This document shows, in pieces, positions 16,359 to 25,366 of a stretch of DNA of 40,658 nucleotides. Below the pieces are notes generated by a model. The model was given only the letters and a program-made list of their open reading frames with translations, made no database searches and was not told the origin of the DNA. The DNA lies in the NCBI GenBank assembly GCA_945888825.1, contig CAMDAT010000001.1, positions 1-40,658 of the forward strand, read 5' to 3'. This DNA is from Bifidobacterium breve (GTDB lineage Bacteria; Actinomycetota; Acidimicrobiia; Acidimicrobiales; Microtrichaceae). The translations under genes were made by a program, and so were the position numbers. The first letter of the stretch is position 1; the number at the start of each line of letters is the position of its first letter.

Positions 16359-17720
16359 ATGCAGAGCAACAACTCACAAACTCGGCCCACTCGCGGCGTA
16401 ACTGCAGGGCGACACACGAAGCGCGGTTTCACCGTTGCAGCAGCCGCCGTACTCAGCTTGTCGCTGATTGCCCTCGCTGGTTGTTCCAACTCCGACTCCT
16501 CGAGTTCTGACTCCACCACAACCACGGTTGCGATTACTACAACTGTCAAGGTGGGAGCCCTTCTTGACCTCACCGGTGACGGAAAGACGTTGGGTCTTGC
16601 CTCGCAGAGTGTCCTAGAGGCCGGGGTTGAATCAGCCGCCGCTGAAGGGGTCAAGATTGAACTTGATGTTCGTGACACCGGAGGAGACCCCGAAACTGCA
16701 CTCAAAGAACTCACAAGTCTGAACGAGGCCGGAGTCACCTCAGTGATTGGCCCACAGACCAGTTCTGAAGCAAAAAACATCCTTCCCTATGCTGACGCGA
16801 ACGGCATGATTCTCATCTCTCAGGGCAGTACTGCATCCACCTTGGCAGTCCCGACTGACTCGCTGTTCCGCATGGTTCCGACCGACAAGGTTGAAGGCGT
16901 TGCCTCGGGCGACTTGATCACCAACGGCGGCCCAGTCACGCTGATCACGGCCCACCGCGATGACGCTGGTAACAACGGACTTGTTTCCACAGTGGGCGCT
17001 GATGTCACAGCCGGCGGAGGCACTGTGATCGCCGGGCCCGTCTACGCACCCGAAGACACTGACTTTGCCGCTGTTGCCCAAAAAATTGCAGATGCAGTCG
17101 CACAAGCTGACAGTGGCGCAACCAAAGCTGTGTACCTCGCTGGCTACGGTGAAGTTGCGCAGATTCTGGCCGAGGCTTCAGGCATTGCGTCCCTCCAGGA
17201 TATTCCCTTCTATGGCGGAGACGGTTCGGCGCAGTCCACCGACCTAACCGATGACGCAACCGGTGCAGCCTTTGCTGCTGGTTCCGCCGATGGCTTCGCA
17301 AGCCCGCTGCCCGTGATCGGTGATGACGCTGAAGCCCCACCAGAGGAACTCGTCAAAGCCGATCCAGAGCCAGACCCACTTGCATACGGGGCCTATGACG
17401 CTCTGATGATTCTCACCGCCGTGTTTGCCAAAGATGGCGCAGACCTCAAGGGATCCGATTTGCGGACTGCCTTTATGACTACCGCCGAGGGCTACAAGGG
17501 CGTGACTGGCGTGGTCACACTCGATGCTTCGGGCGATCGGGCCACCATGCCATATGCCTATTGGGGCATCTGCGAGGTAGACAAGGCATTCGAGTGGAAG
17601 GTACTCGGAGGTTGGGTGCCACCATCTCCGACCGAGCCAGCAACCACGACCAAGCCCGGAACGATTACCTTCACCGGCTGCACCCCTGGCGCTGACGGCG
17701 GAGCAGCAGAGACCCCGTAG
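16359..17720 (+). CDS. ABC transporter substrate-binding lipoprotein, LivJ/branched-chain amino acid type
   Basis: Lipobox LAGC, Ser/Thr linker, VKVGALLDLTG, DTGGDP, VIGPQTSS, LFRMVPTD, YDAL and GVTGVVTLDASGDR. Start at ATG 16359 behind GGGAG. Confidence 0.85.
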   Translation: MQSNNSQTRPTRGVTAGRHTKRGFTVAAAAVLSLSLIALAGCSNSDSSSSDSTTTTVAITTTVKVGALLDLTGDGKTLGLASQSVLEAGVESAAAEGVKIELDVRDTGGDPETALKELTSLNEAGVTSVIGPQTSSEAKNILPYADANGMILISQGSTASTLAVPTDSLFRMVPTDKVEGVASGDLITNGGPVTLITAHRDDAGNNGLVSTVGADVTAGGGTVIAGPVYAPEDTDFAAVAQKIADAVAQADSGATKAVYLAGYGEVAQILAEASGIASLQDIPFYGGDGSAQSTDLTDDATGAAFAAGSADGFASPLPVIGDDAEAPPEELVKADPEPDPLAYGAYDALMILTAVFAKDGADLKGSDLRTAFMTTAEGYKGVTGVVTLDASGDRATMPYAYWGICEVDKAFEWKVLGGWVPPSPTEPATTTKPGTITFTGCTPGADGGAAETP

Positions 17721-17760
17721 GCCCTCCAGCCCGAAGCCACTCAGCAGTTTTCACGGCCGC

Positions 17761-17782
17761 TGTCACATGGGTCAGCCATACT
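17761..17782 (+). promoter_or_regulatory. Putative PafBC / RecA-NDp-type DNA-damage promoter (TGTCAC-N10-CATACT)
   Basis: TGTCAC 17761-17766, 10 nt, then CATACT 17777-17782, 9 nt before ATG 17792. It has the same architecture as the site at 35759. Confidence 0.55.
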
Positions 17783-17794
17783 GGCTGACCCATG
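17766..17794. repeat. Perfect 13-bp inverted repeat with 3-nt loop (CATGGGTCAGCCA-TAC-TGGCTGACCCATG)
   Basis: Read directly; it covers the putative -10 and the start codon. Confidence 0.92.
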
Positions 17795-19198
17795 GCTTCT
17801 GACCCCGCAATCACAGACTTCACAACCACCGACACCGCAGTCACAAGCATCGCATCTGCAGGGGTCACCGACCTTGGGTCCCTGCGAGATGCCGATGGCG
17901 GCCCCGTCCGTTTTCTTCATTCCTCGGATCTTCACCTCGGAAAGTCTGGGGATACGCCCAAAGCGTTTCAGAATCTGGTCAAACTCGCTCTCGAGAGAAA
18001 CGTCGACCTCGTTGTTTTGGGGGGCGACGTGTATGACTCTGCAGATCGCTCGGCCTTCGCTCAGTTGCAGTTCACTCAGGGGCTCACCCGGCTGACCGAA
18101 AAAGGCATTCGCGTCTTTATCGCCCACGGAAACCACGACCCTGTTCAAGCTAACTTTACGCCGGTAGCCCCTTTACCCGAGCGGGTTTATACCTTTACAG
18201 CGGGTGAGCCTCAAACCTTTCTCATGACAGTCGGCGTAACCCGACTAGCCGTCACGGGAGTGAGTTTCGCCACCCAAAAAGAAGAGGCGAACCTTGTGAA
18301 AAAAATCGGTGCCACAACTGTGAATGCCGATCTACGAATTGCTGTGGTGCACGCCAATGTTGAGGGCCTGCCCGGCCACGATAATTACGCCGGCTGTACT
18401 CGGGATGATCTCCTCACTTCAGATATCGACTACTGGGCGCTGGGTCATATCCACGACCGCACAGTCACCCCAATGCCAGCCGGGCGATGGTGGGCCTACC
18501 CAGGCAACCTGCAAGGCCGCAGCACCAAAGCAACCGAATGTGGACCCAAAGGGGTCCTCATTGTTGAAGCCGCCGACGAAGGATTCGCTAAGCCAGAGTT
18601 TGTGGCCTGTGATCTCAGTCGCTTTCTGCGAGTTCAGGCCGACGTCACAGGTGCTGAAGACCTAAGTTCTGCGGTCGATCAGATTGCGGAGCAAGCAGCG
18701 AGTTCCATTGAGCAGGACAACCCGCACTCTCTTCCGACCGTTGTCCGTATCGCAATAACTGGAGCAACGCCTGCTCACCCGCACCTGCAACAGTTACTCA
18801 AAACCGAGGACGAGTTTGCTGAAACCCTCGCTCAACTTCTGCCAGCGAATACCAGCATCAAAAAAGTGGCTCTCGACACCACGGCCCCCTACAACCGAAC
18901 CGTGTTGGCCGCTAGGCCTGACGTAGTCGGTGCCGTCCTCACCAAGCTCGACGACCTGCTGACTACAGCAACAAGCAGCCAGCCCACCAGCCAACCCAAC
19001 CCGGTCATGTCTGCACTGCTTGAACGGGCCGCCAGCACGATTGGTTCAGCGTCAAAGACGCTGACAGAACAGGCACTAGTCCTGAACACCATTACTCACG
19101 AGGAGTTGCTGGACCGGGTCGAGCGCTTACTCATCGACAGTCTTGCTCCGAGCACCGAGGACCAGAGCGAAGTACCCGAAGGAAGAGTTCAGCCATGA
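17792..19198 (+). CDS. Mre11/SbcD-like metallophosphoesterase nuclease (YhaO type)
   Basis: FLHSSDLHLG, GGDVYD, HGNHD, DYWALGHIH and YPGNLQGR...E..PKG. Confidence 0.9.
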   Translation: MASDPAITDFTTTDTAVTSIASAGVTDLGSLRDADGGPVRFLHSSDLHLGKSGDTPKAFQNLVKLALERNVDLVVLGGDVYDSADRSAFAQLQFTQGLTRLTEKGIRVFIAHGNHDPVQANFTPVAPLPERVYTFTAGEPQTFLMTVGVTRLAVTGVSFATQKEEANLVKKIGATTVNADLRIAVVHANVEGLPGHDNYAGCTRDDLLTSDIDYWALGHIHDRTVTPMPAGRWWAYPGNLQGRSTKATECGPKGVLIVEAADEGFAKPEFVACDLSRFLRVQADVTGAEDLSSAVDQIAEQAASSIEQDNPHSLPTVVRIAITGATPAHPHLQQLLKTEDEFAETLAQLLPANTSIKKVALDTTAPYNRTVLAARPDVVGAVLTKLDDLLTTATSSQPTSQPNPVMSALLERAASTIGSASKTLTEQALVLNTITHEELLDRVERLLIDSLAPSTEDQSEVPEGRVQP

Positions 19199-22122
19199 GC
19201 AATCAGCTAAAGATTTCGGCAGTGAGGGTCAAAAAATTTGGTGGGCTCAGCAATCTGAATCTCAGTCTGCCGAAGGGAAAGCTCATCACCATTTTCGGCT
19301 CGAACGAGGCAGGCAAGAGCACTCTGGCTGAGGCCATCATGTGGCTCATCGCCGGACCTAGCGTCTCGAAGTCCGAGATACAGCGCTTTGGTGAGTCCGG
19401 AGAGACCTTGGTCGCCGAACTCGAGGGTTTGCTCGAAAAGTCCCCCCTGCTCTTGAAGGCAGAGTTCAAGATTCTTGGTCAGGGAGTGGGCGCCCGCAGC
19501 CCATTTGACGCGCAGATCGGAGGCGCAGCTCTTCTGTCCCGCGAGGCGTGGATCGCCCGACTCGGCAGTACCTCTACGGAGTCCATTCGAGCAGTCCATC
19601 GCATTGATGGTGCTGACGGACACCAAGTCGATCAAGGCGAACAAGTCCTCGAGCTGGCAAGTCAAGGAATGTTTGGCGGAGTCGACCCGCGAGTTGTCGC
19701 CGCCAAGTTAGTCAAAGAGGCAAAGACTCTGACTACAGGAGCTGCTGGGGGAAGCCGTTCGGTTGCAAATCTCCGAAAAGAGATTCTGGCCGCAAAAGCT
19801 GCTCTGGATGAGGCGGGCAAAAACGCCGATGACTACTCGGTTGCCAAAAACGAGCAGGCAGAAACTCAGGCCAATGTCACTCTCGCCACAGAGAACAAGC
19901 ATCACCTCTCTTCCGAACTCGCTGCGCTGGAATCAGCCCGTCAAGCCTGTGTTATTTCGCACCGCAAGACCAGCCTTGAAGGAGAACTCGCCAACTTGGA
20001 GCAGGTGGAGCCGAACTGGGCCGCGATAGCCAACCAAATCCCTGATCTTCTAGCCCTGCAGGAGTTCAGCCGAAATCAAGAACCGCAGTTCAACGAACAC
20101 ATCCGCCGGGGCGAGGACGCGGCGCAAGCCTTGGGTGAATCCGTGGAGCAATTAGCTTCGCTCACTCTCGCCCATGACGACTCCGTCACGCTCACCAATG
20201 CCGTTGCTACTCTCGCCCAATCTCAGAGCACAGAACGTGAATGGCTCACCGAGCAGTCGGCTGCCGAGGCGGCCCTGCCCCTTGCAATCCAGGCGCAAGA
20301 CCAAGCCCTAGCCGCTCTCGGGGAGCAGGTCACACCAGCAACCGTTCTGGCAGCAAACCTTGGTGCAGACTCGCAGGGAGGTATTTTGGCAGCCCAGACA
20401 CAGATCGACCAGAGCTCGGCTGCTCTGTCTGCAGCACAAGATGAGTCGCGTACAGCGTCAGCAAGGGCGCAGGTTGCACAGAACGCTCAACAACAGGACC
20501 TCGCCAACTGGGAGCAGTTCAACACGGGAATGACACCGCAGGCATGGCTCAGTGACGGGCAGTTTCGCCGGCCGGCAGCTGTTGCGGCTTCAGCCTCAAG
20601 TGGCCTTACCCGGTTCATCCCTGCACTGATTCTTGGGATTCTTTCGATTGCGGGATTCGCTCTTCGGCAGCCCATTTTTGGAATTCTGGCCGCTGTTGGC
20701 CTCATCGTCACCTTGGCTCTCGCGCTTCGAGGCCGAGCCAGCAGTACAAGCTCTGCCGAAAACGCCCAGGCAGATCTTTCCTCCCTTCAGGCGGCTGCGA
20801 ATGCAGCTTCTGCGGCTGCGCTAGCGCTCAATCAGCAACAAACCAACCTGCAGTCACGCCAAGCCGCTCAGGCTCAAGCCGAACAAGACCACACTGCAGC
20901 ACAGGGCTCATTAGATTCCACTTTGCAAAACGCGGGCCTTCCCCCGGTGAGGAACTCGTCCGAAGTCAACTCCTTACTCACGAACTACCAAGAAGCTCGC
21001 CTTGCTGTTGACCTGGCCACCACTGCCCAAGACCGCTTGACCAAAGCCCAGACCGGATCTGCGGCAGCCGCAGCGCAGGTTCGGAACGCCGAGAGAGCGA
21101 TCAGCGATCAGTTAGCCTCGCTTCGTCTCCCAGCCCATTCACCGATCTCCGCTGCAACAGACACCTTCGGCAAGTTCCGCACAGCCGCAGAGCAGGCCAA
21201 ATTGGCAGTCGATGCCACCGCAAAGCTCAGCGTTCATCGCCAGCAGGTTGAAGCGCTGTGCAAGCCCATAGCGCAACCCGGGCAAGTGCTTGACCTAGCG
21301 GCACTACTCGCAGCGGCCGAGCTTGCCAAAGATACGCTTGCACAAAGGAGTCAACTTGCCGAGCGTATCCGTGAGCAGGATCAGGCTCTACAGGATCAGA
21401 TCGGAGGCTCTGAACGCATAGCTGCCTTGCTGACGCAGTACGCCACTGTTGATCAATTCACAGCACAGCAAACTGCGGTGGAATCCGAACTCGCTCAAGT
21501 TGATACTGAACTCACCCAGCAGAACACCGCATTGGGGAGCATCAACCAGCGGATCGAGGATCTTTCCAAAGAGGGTGAGATCGCATTACTCAATGAGCAA
21601 TTAAGTGCGCTCAACGAGGAGCAATCCGAGTCTGCAGTTCAGGGTGCGGTCTATGCCCTGGCAGAGCTGCTTCTGAGCGAACAGGCCGACCTTGCAGACC
21701 TGCAAAACCAACCAAAGCTCATTGAGCGCACGAGCGAACTAGCTCGATCTGTTGCACCCACTTGGTCGGGTGTCAGAGTGATTCGAGACTCTGAATCCAC
21801 GAACAACAAAGCCAAGCTAATTATCGATCTGTTGAACGGGGCGATCATTCCGGCGAATCAACTCTCTACGGGTGCGCGAGCACTGCTCTACCTAGCTCTT
21901 CGCCTTGCCGTGGCGGACGAACAGTCCGATCGAACCGGGGTATGGCTACCGCTGATCTGTGACGATCCGCTCGTACACCTTGATGACAAACGTGCCCCCC
22001 AAGCCATGGCTCTTCTTGCCCAGGCCGCACAGAACCGACAAGTGATCCTTTTGACCTGTAATAAGAGCAGTTTGGACCTAGCACAAGAAGCTGGCGCGCA
22101 AACCCTGAGCCTTTCAGACTAA
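19195..22122 (+). CDS. Rad50/SbcC-like SMC-family ABC ATPase (YhaN type) with a central transmembrane hairpin
   Basis: Walker A GSNEAGKST, long coiled coils, signature LSTGA and Walker B/D-loop PLICDDPLVHLDD. Hydrophobic hairpin at about 20614-20727. ATGA-coupled to the nuclease. Confidence 0.88.
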   Translation: MSNQLKISAVRVKKFGGLSNLNLSLPKGKLITIFGSNEAGKSTLAEAIMWLIAGPSVSKSEIQRFGESGETLVAELEGLLEKSPLLLKAEFKILGQGVGARSPFDAQIGGAALLSREAWIARLGSTSTESIRAVHRIDGADGHQVDQGEQVLELASQGMFGGVDPRVVAAKLVKEAKTLTTGAAGGSRSVANLRKEILAAKAALDEAGKNADDYSVAKNEQAETQANVTLATENKHHLSSELAALESARQACVISHRKTSLEGELANLEQVEPNWAAIANQIPDLLALQEFSRNQEPQFNEHIRRGEDAAQALGESVEQLASLTLAHDDSVTLTNAVATLAQSQSTEREWLTEQSAAEAALPLAIQAQDQALAALGEQVTPATVLAANLGADSQGGILAAQTQIDQSSAALSAAQDESRTASARAQVAQNAQQQDLANWEQFNTGMTPQAWLSDGQFRRPAAVAASASSGLTRFIPALILGILSIAGFALRQPIFGILAAVGLIVTLALALRGRASSTSSAENAQADLSSLQAAANAASAAALALNQQQTNLQSRQAAQAQAEQDHTAAQGSLDSTLQNAGLPPVRNSSEVNSLLTNYQEARLAVDLATTAQDRLTKAQTGSAAAAAQVRNAERAISDQLASLRLPAHSPISAATDTFGKFRTAAEQAKLAVDATAKLSVHRQQVEALCKPIAQPGQVLDLAALLAAAELAKDTLAQRSQLAERIREQDQALQDQIGGSERIAALLTQYATVDQFTAQQTAVESELAQVDTELTQQNTALGSINQRIEDLSKEGEIALLNEQLSALNEEQSESAVQGAVYALAELLLSEQADLADLQNQPKLIERTSELARSVAPTWSGVRVIRDSESTNNKAKLIIDLLNGAIIPANQLSTGARALLYLALRLAVADEQSDRTGVWLPLICDDPLVHLDDKRAPQAMALLAQAAQNRQVILLTCNKSSLDLAQEAGAQTLSLSD

Positions 22123-22378
22123 ATCCATATTTCTGAGAGGTTTCCCCTACAGTTTTGGCAACCCTGCAACCGATACGGCTAACGCAGATCCCACTTAATA
22201 AGGGGATACTGGACCAATTCTGAGACTTTAGTCACAGGATTTTTCTAGGTCTGCGCGTTAATCACTTTGAGGGGTCTTGACACCACCCGTACACTAGAGG
22301 TTCGGTCAGTGTTTGTAGTTCAGGTTTTTCTGTAGCTACACGTAGTGATCGCCCGCTCACTATCAATGAGGTCAATCG

Positions 22379-23317
22379 GTGGCAAACCAGCGAGTAGAAC
22401 GTGACGAAGAAGATCTCGTCAGAATGTATTTGAAAGACATCGGCCAGTACGCCCTCCTCACCAAAGATGATGAGGCTCGTCTTGCGCAGGCCATGGAAGC
22501 CGGCCGCGAGGCTCGTGCCGAGCTAGAAGAGGCCGGCAAGAGCGTCTCGCCAGCACGCAAGCGCGAACTCAAGCGCCTGACCCGCGATGGCGAGGATGCT
22601 GAGCGCACCTTCGTTCAGTCCAACCTGCGACTCGTCGTGTCCATCGCCAAGAAGTACCAAGCCTCGGGAATGCCTCTGCTCGACCTGGTGCAAGAAGGCA
22701 ACCTCGGCCTGATGCACGCCGTAGAGAAGTTCGATTGGCGCAAGGGCTTCAAGTTCTCCACCTACGCAACCTGGTGGATCCGTCAGGCACTGACTCGCGG
22801 TATCGCCAATACTGGTCGTACCATCCGCCTACCTGTGCATGCTGGCGACACCATGAACCGTGTACAAAAAGCCCGCACCCGTCTAGAGACCGCACTCGGC
22901 CGTCCAGCAACATTGGCCGAACTCGCTGCTGATTTAGAGATGCCAGAAGCAAAGGTCACAGAGACCCTGCTCTTTGCAGCCGACACACTCTCCCTCTCCA
23001 CCCCACTTCGTGAAGATGGCGATGCCGAACTCGGGGACGTAGTTCCCGACCGCGGAGCCGTCACCCCATTCGAGGCTGCTTCAGTCGCACTCCTACCAGA
23101 GGAGATTGGCCGCCTACTGTCCCCCCTTGACGAGCGCGAACGTGAGATACTCAAACTCCGCTTTGGACTTGATCGTGGCGAGCCACGCACCTTGGAAGAA
23201 GTCGGCGAACACTTTGCACTCACCCGTGAGCGCATCCGTCAGATCGAGGCTCGGGCCATGTCCAAGCTTCGCCACCCATCAGCAGATACTGGGGCACGAG
23301 ACCTCCTCAGCGTCTAA
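22379..23317 (+). CDS. RNA polymerase sigma-70 factor, RpoD/SigB-like, lacking region 1.1
   Basis: DLVRMYLKDIG (region 1.2), NLRLVVSIAKKY, DLVQEGNLGL, FDWRKGFKFSTYATWWIRQ and RTLEEVG...TRERIRQIE. Confidence 0.95.
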   Translation: MANQRVERDEEDLVRMYLKDIGQYALLTKDDEARLAQAMEAGREARAELEEAGKSVSPARKRELKRLTRDGEDAERTFVQSNLRLVVSIAKKYQASGMPLLDLVQEGNLGLMHAVEKFDWRKGFKFSTYATWWIRQALTRGIANTGRTIRLPVHAGDTMNRVQKARTRLETALGRPATLAELAADLEMPEAKVTETLLFAADTLSLSTPLREDGDAELGDVVPDRGAVTPFEAASVALLPEEIGRLLSPLDEREREILKLRFGLDRGEPRTLEEVGEHFALTRERIRQIEARAMSKLRHPSADTGARDLLSV

Positions 23318-23363
23318 AAATCTCACTCCAGACAGGGTCCACAGCCCCCTGTCACAGCAATCA

Positions 23364-23400
23364 GAGGGCCGGTATCCGCCGCAAGGGGATACCGGTCTTC
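23364..23400 (+). terminator. Strong hairpin after the sigma gene, probable intrinsic terminator
   Basis: GAGGGCCGGTATCC-gcc-GCAA-gg-GGATACCGGTCTTC: a 14-bp stem with two G-U pairs capped by a GCAA tetraloop. The U-tail is weak. Confidence 0.7.
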
Positions 23401-23435
23401 TGCATTCAAGAGCCAAACCCCCGTAGTCTGCCGAT

Positions 23436-24830
23436 GTGTCTTCGCAGATCGAGAACCTGTCGGCAGCGCTCAGTGTTGCGCTCGAGCCAACCTTGGGAGC
23501 AGTTGCGATTTCGGAACTGCGTCGACTTTCTGGAGGCGCTTCCCGAGAAACCTGGAGCTTCGATGCAACTCAGGCCGACGGATCGCTTAGGGAGCTGGTG
23601 TTGCGACGCGATCCACCAACCCGACCCGGTTGGCCAGGGACCATGGGTACAGAGGCGCGTTGCCTGCGGGCATCTGCTCAGGCGGGGCTAGCAGTGCCAC
23701 AGGTCCTTCTTGATTCCGACTCACCGGATCTCTTCGGATCGGCCGGGATAGTCATGCAGCGAATCGAGGGTGAAACCCTTGCCCGGCGCATTCTTCGAGA
23801 TGAGAAGTTTCAGGATGCACGATCAGCCCTAGCAGCGGACTGCGGCACCTTCCTTGCCGGCCTTCACGCTATCGACCCCCAAGTTGTCGCTCCCTTGCAG
23901 AGCGCAGACCCGCTCAAGCAAATTCGCCTCACGCTCGACGCGCTCGACATGCCTAGTCCGACCTTCGAATTTGCGATTCGCTGGCTGGAAAGCAACCGCC
24001 CCCAGACCTTGAGCACAGCAATTGTTCATGGGGACTTTCGCCTCGGCAACTTCATCCTGGGCGAAGAGGGCCTACGGGCGGTACTTGACTGGGAACTTGT
24101 CCACCTTGGGGACCCCAGAGAAGATCTTGGTTGGCTCTGCGTCAAGGCATGGCGATTCGGTGCAGCGGAACCAGTCGGTGGATTCGGGACTCGTGAGGAT
24201 CTTCTTGCTGCTTATCAAGCTGCAGGAGGAGCACCCGTAAGCTTGGCCGAACTGCACTGGTGGGAAGTCTTTGGCACGCTCCGCTGGGGCGCAATCTGCA
24301 TGACTCAAACTCACGCTCACCTCAGCGGCCTGCTGCGTTCGGTTGAACTCGCAGCCATTGGCAGGCGAGTATGCGAAACAGAGTGGGATTTACTACTCCT
24401 CTTGGAACCGGGTGCAACAACTGAAGCACTCTCTAAATCAGCAAGTCAGCAGAGTCAGCCGAGTCCTACTCAGGCCCCGATCGAGGGCCTGCATGGTCGC
24501 CCCACAGCTGAGGAACTGCTTCAAGCAGTCAGAGAGTTCCTGACTGAGCAGGTCATGCCGTCAACTGAGGGCAACCTGTCTTTTTTTGCGCGAGTCGCAA
24601 GCAACGTGATCGCCATGGTGGAGCGAGAACTCGTGCTCGGGCCGCAGCAAGATCAGCAGCGAGCGACTTCTCTGAGAGAGTTCGCCGTTGGTTCTGAGCG
24701 TGAATTAGCGGCATCGATCCGCTCGGGTGGCTTCAGCGAGAACAGAGTCGCATTGCTTGAACTCCTCGCCGACGGGGTTCTCAGCAGTCTCCGCGTGGCA
24801 CGGCCCACCTATCTTGATCCGCCATCTTGA
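23436..24830 (+). CDS. APH/choline-kinase-like phosphotransferase (ACAD10/11 N-terminal type) with a C-terminal DUF6285-like domain
   Basis: LSGGASRETW, LVLRRDP, VHGDFRLGN and VLDWELVHLGDPREDLGW, then C-terminal HGRPTAEELLQAVREFL...ARVASN. Confidence 0.85.
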   Translation: MSSQIENLSAALSVALEPTLGAVAISELRRLSGGASRETWSFDATQADGSLRELVLRRDPPTRPGWPGTMGTEARCLRASAQAGLAVPQVLLDSDSPDLFGSAGIVMQRIEGETLARRILRDEKFQDARSALAADCGTFLAGLHAIDPQVVAPLQSADPLKQIRLTLDALDMPSPTFEFAIRWLESNRPQTLSTAIVHGDFRLGNFILGEEGLRAVLDWELVHLGDPREDLGWLCVKAWRFGAAEPVGGFGTREDLLAAYQAAGGAPVSLAELHWWEVFGTLRWGAICMTQTHAHLSGLLRSVELAAIGRRVCETEWDLLLLLEPGATTEALSKSASQQSQPSPTQAPIEGLHGRPTAEELLQAVREFLTEQVMPSTEGNLSFFARVASNVIAMVERELVLGPQQDQQRATSLREFAVGSERELAASIRSGGFSENRVALLELLADGVLSSLRVARPTYLDPPS

Positions 24831-24859
24831 GTTACACCGCACATAGGACAGGGCCTGCA

Positions 24860-25312
24860 TTAGGCACAGTTGGCGCACACACCCTCAAGTGCGAAGTGCC
24901 CTGGCTCGAGCGTAAACCCGATTGCTTCTTGCGCTTCGAGGATGAACCGTTCGACTGTTGCGGTCGGCAACTCTGTGACGCGATTGCAGGTCCGACATAA
25001 GGCGATTAGCCCGTGATCGCCTCCTAATCGCACGAGTGATGGGCCATGCCCGGCATGGACATGCGTAACCATTCCCCGATCGGACAAGGTGCCGATGGTT
25101 CGATAGACGGTTGCCTCGTGAATCTCAGGTACCTCGGACTGGGCAAGCTTGGTGAGTGAGGCTATGTCGAGTGCACCTCCATGGCGCAGAAGCGCTCTCA
25201 GTACAGCTATTCGTGGTGCGGTCGCCTTGCAGTTGTGGGTTCGCAGCATCGTCTCAGCGTCATCGACGTTGTTTTGGCCCTTCAGCGCCGCTGCCTCGTC
25301 TTGCAATCGCAT
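24860..25312 (-). CDS. Fur-family metal-responsive regulator (Zur-like by context)
   Basis: TAPRIAVL, ATVYRTI, CRTC and C-terminal GVCANC. It is the last gene of the metal ABC operon. Confidence 0.85.
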   Translation of the reverse strand: MRLQDEAAALKGQNNVDDAETMLRTHNCKATAPRIAVLRALLRHGGALDIASLTKLAQSEVPEIHEATVYRTIGTLSDRGMVTHVHAGHGPSLVRLGGDHGLIALCRTCNRVTELPTATVERFILEAQEAIGFTLEPGHFALEGVCANCA

Positions 25313-25366
25313 GTGCCAACTTTACACGTGCATCCCGTCTCACTTCTGCCCGTGTGGCGCTCAGTT

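Noticed and set aside
17792-22122. Wadjet or Lamassu SMC defence system
   Set aside because: No kleisin/KITE (JetAB), Toprim JetD or LmuA-type effector is present; the partner is an Mre11-type phosphoesterase.
22123-22378. ncRNA or defined promoter in the 256-bp gap before the sigma factor
   Set aside because: TTGACA at 22277 has no correctly spaced -10, and only short palindromes are visible (e.g. TGTAGCTACA). No recognisable riboswitch or RNA structure.
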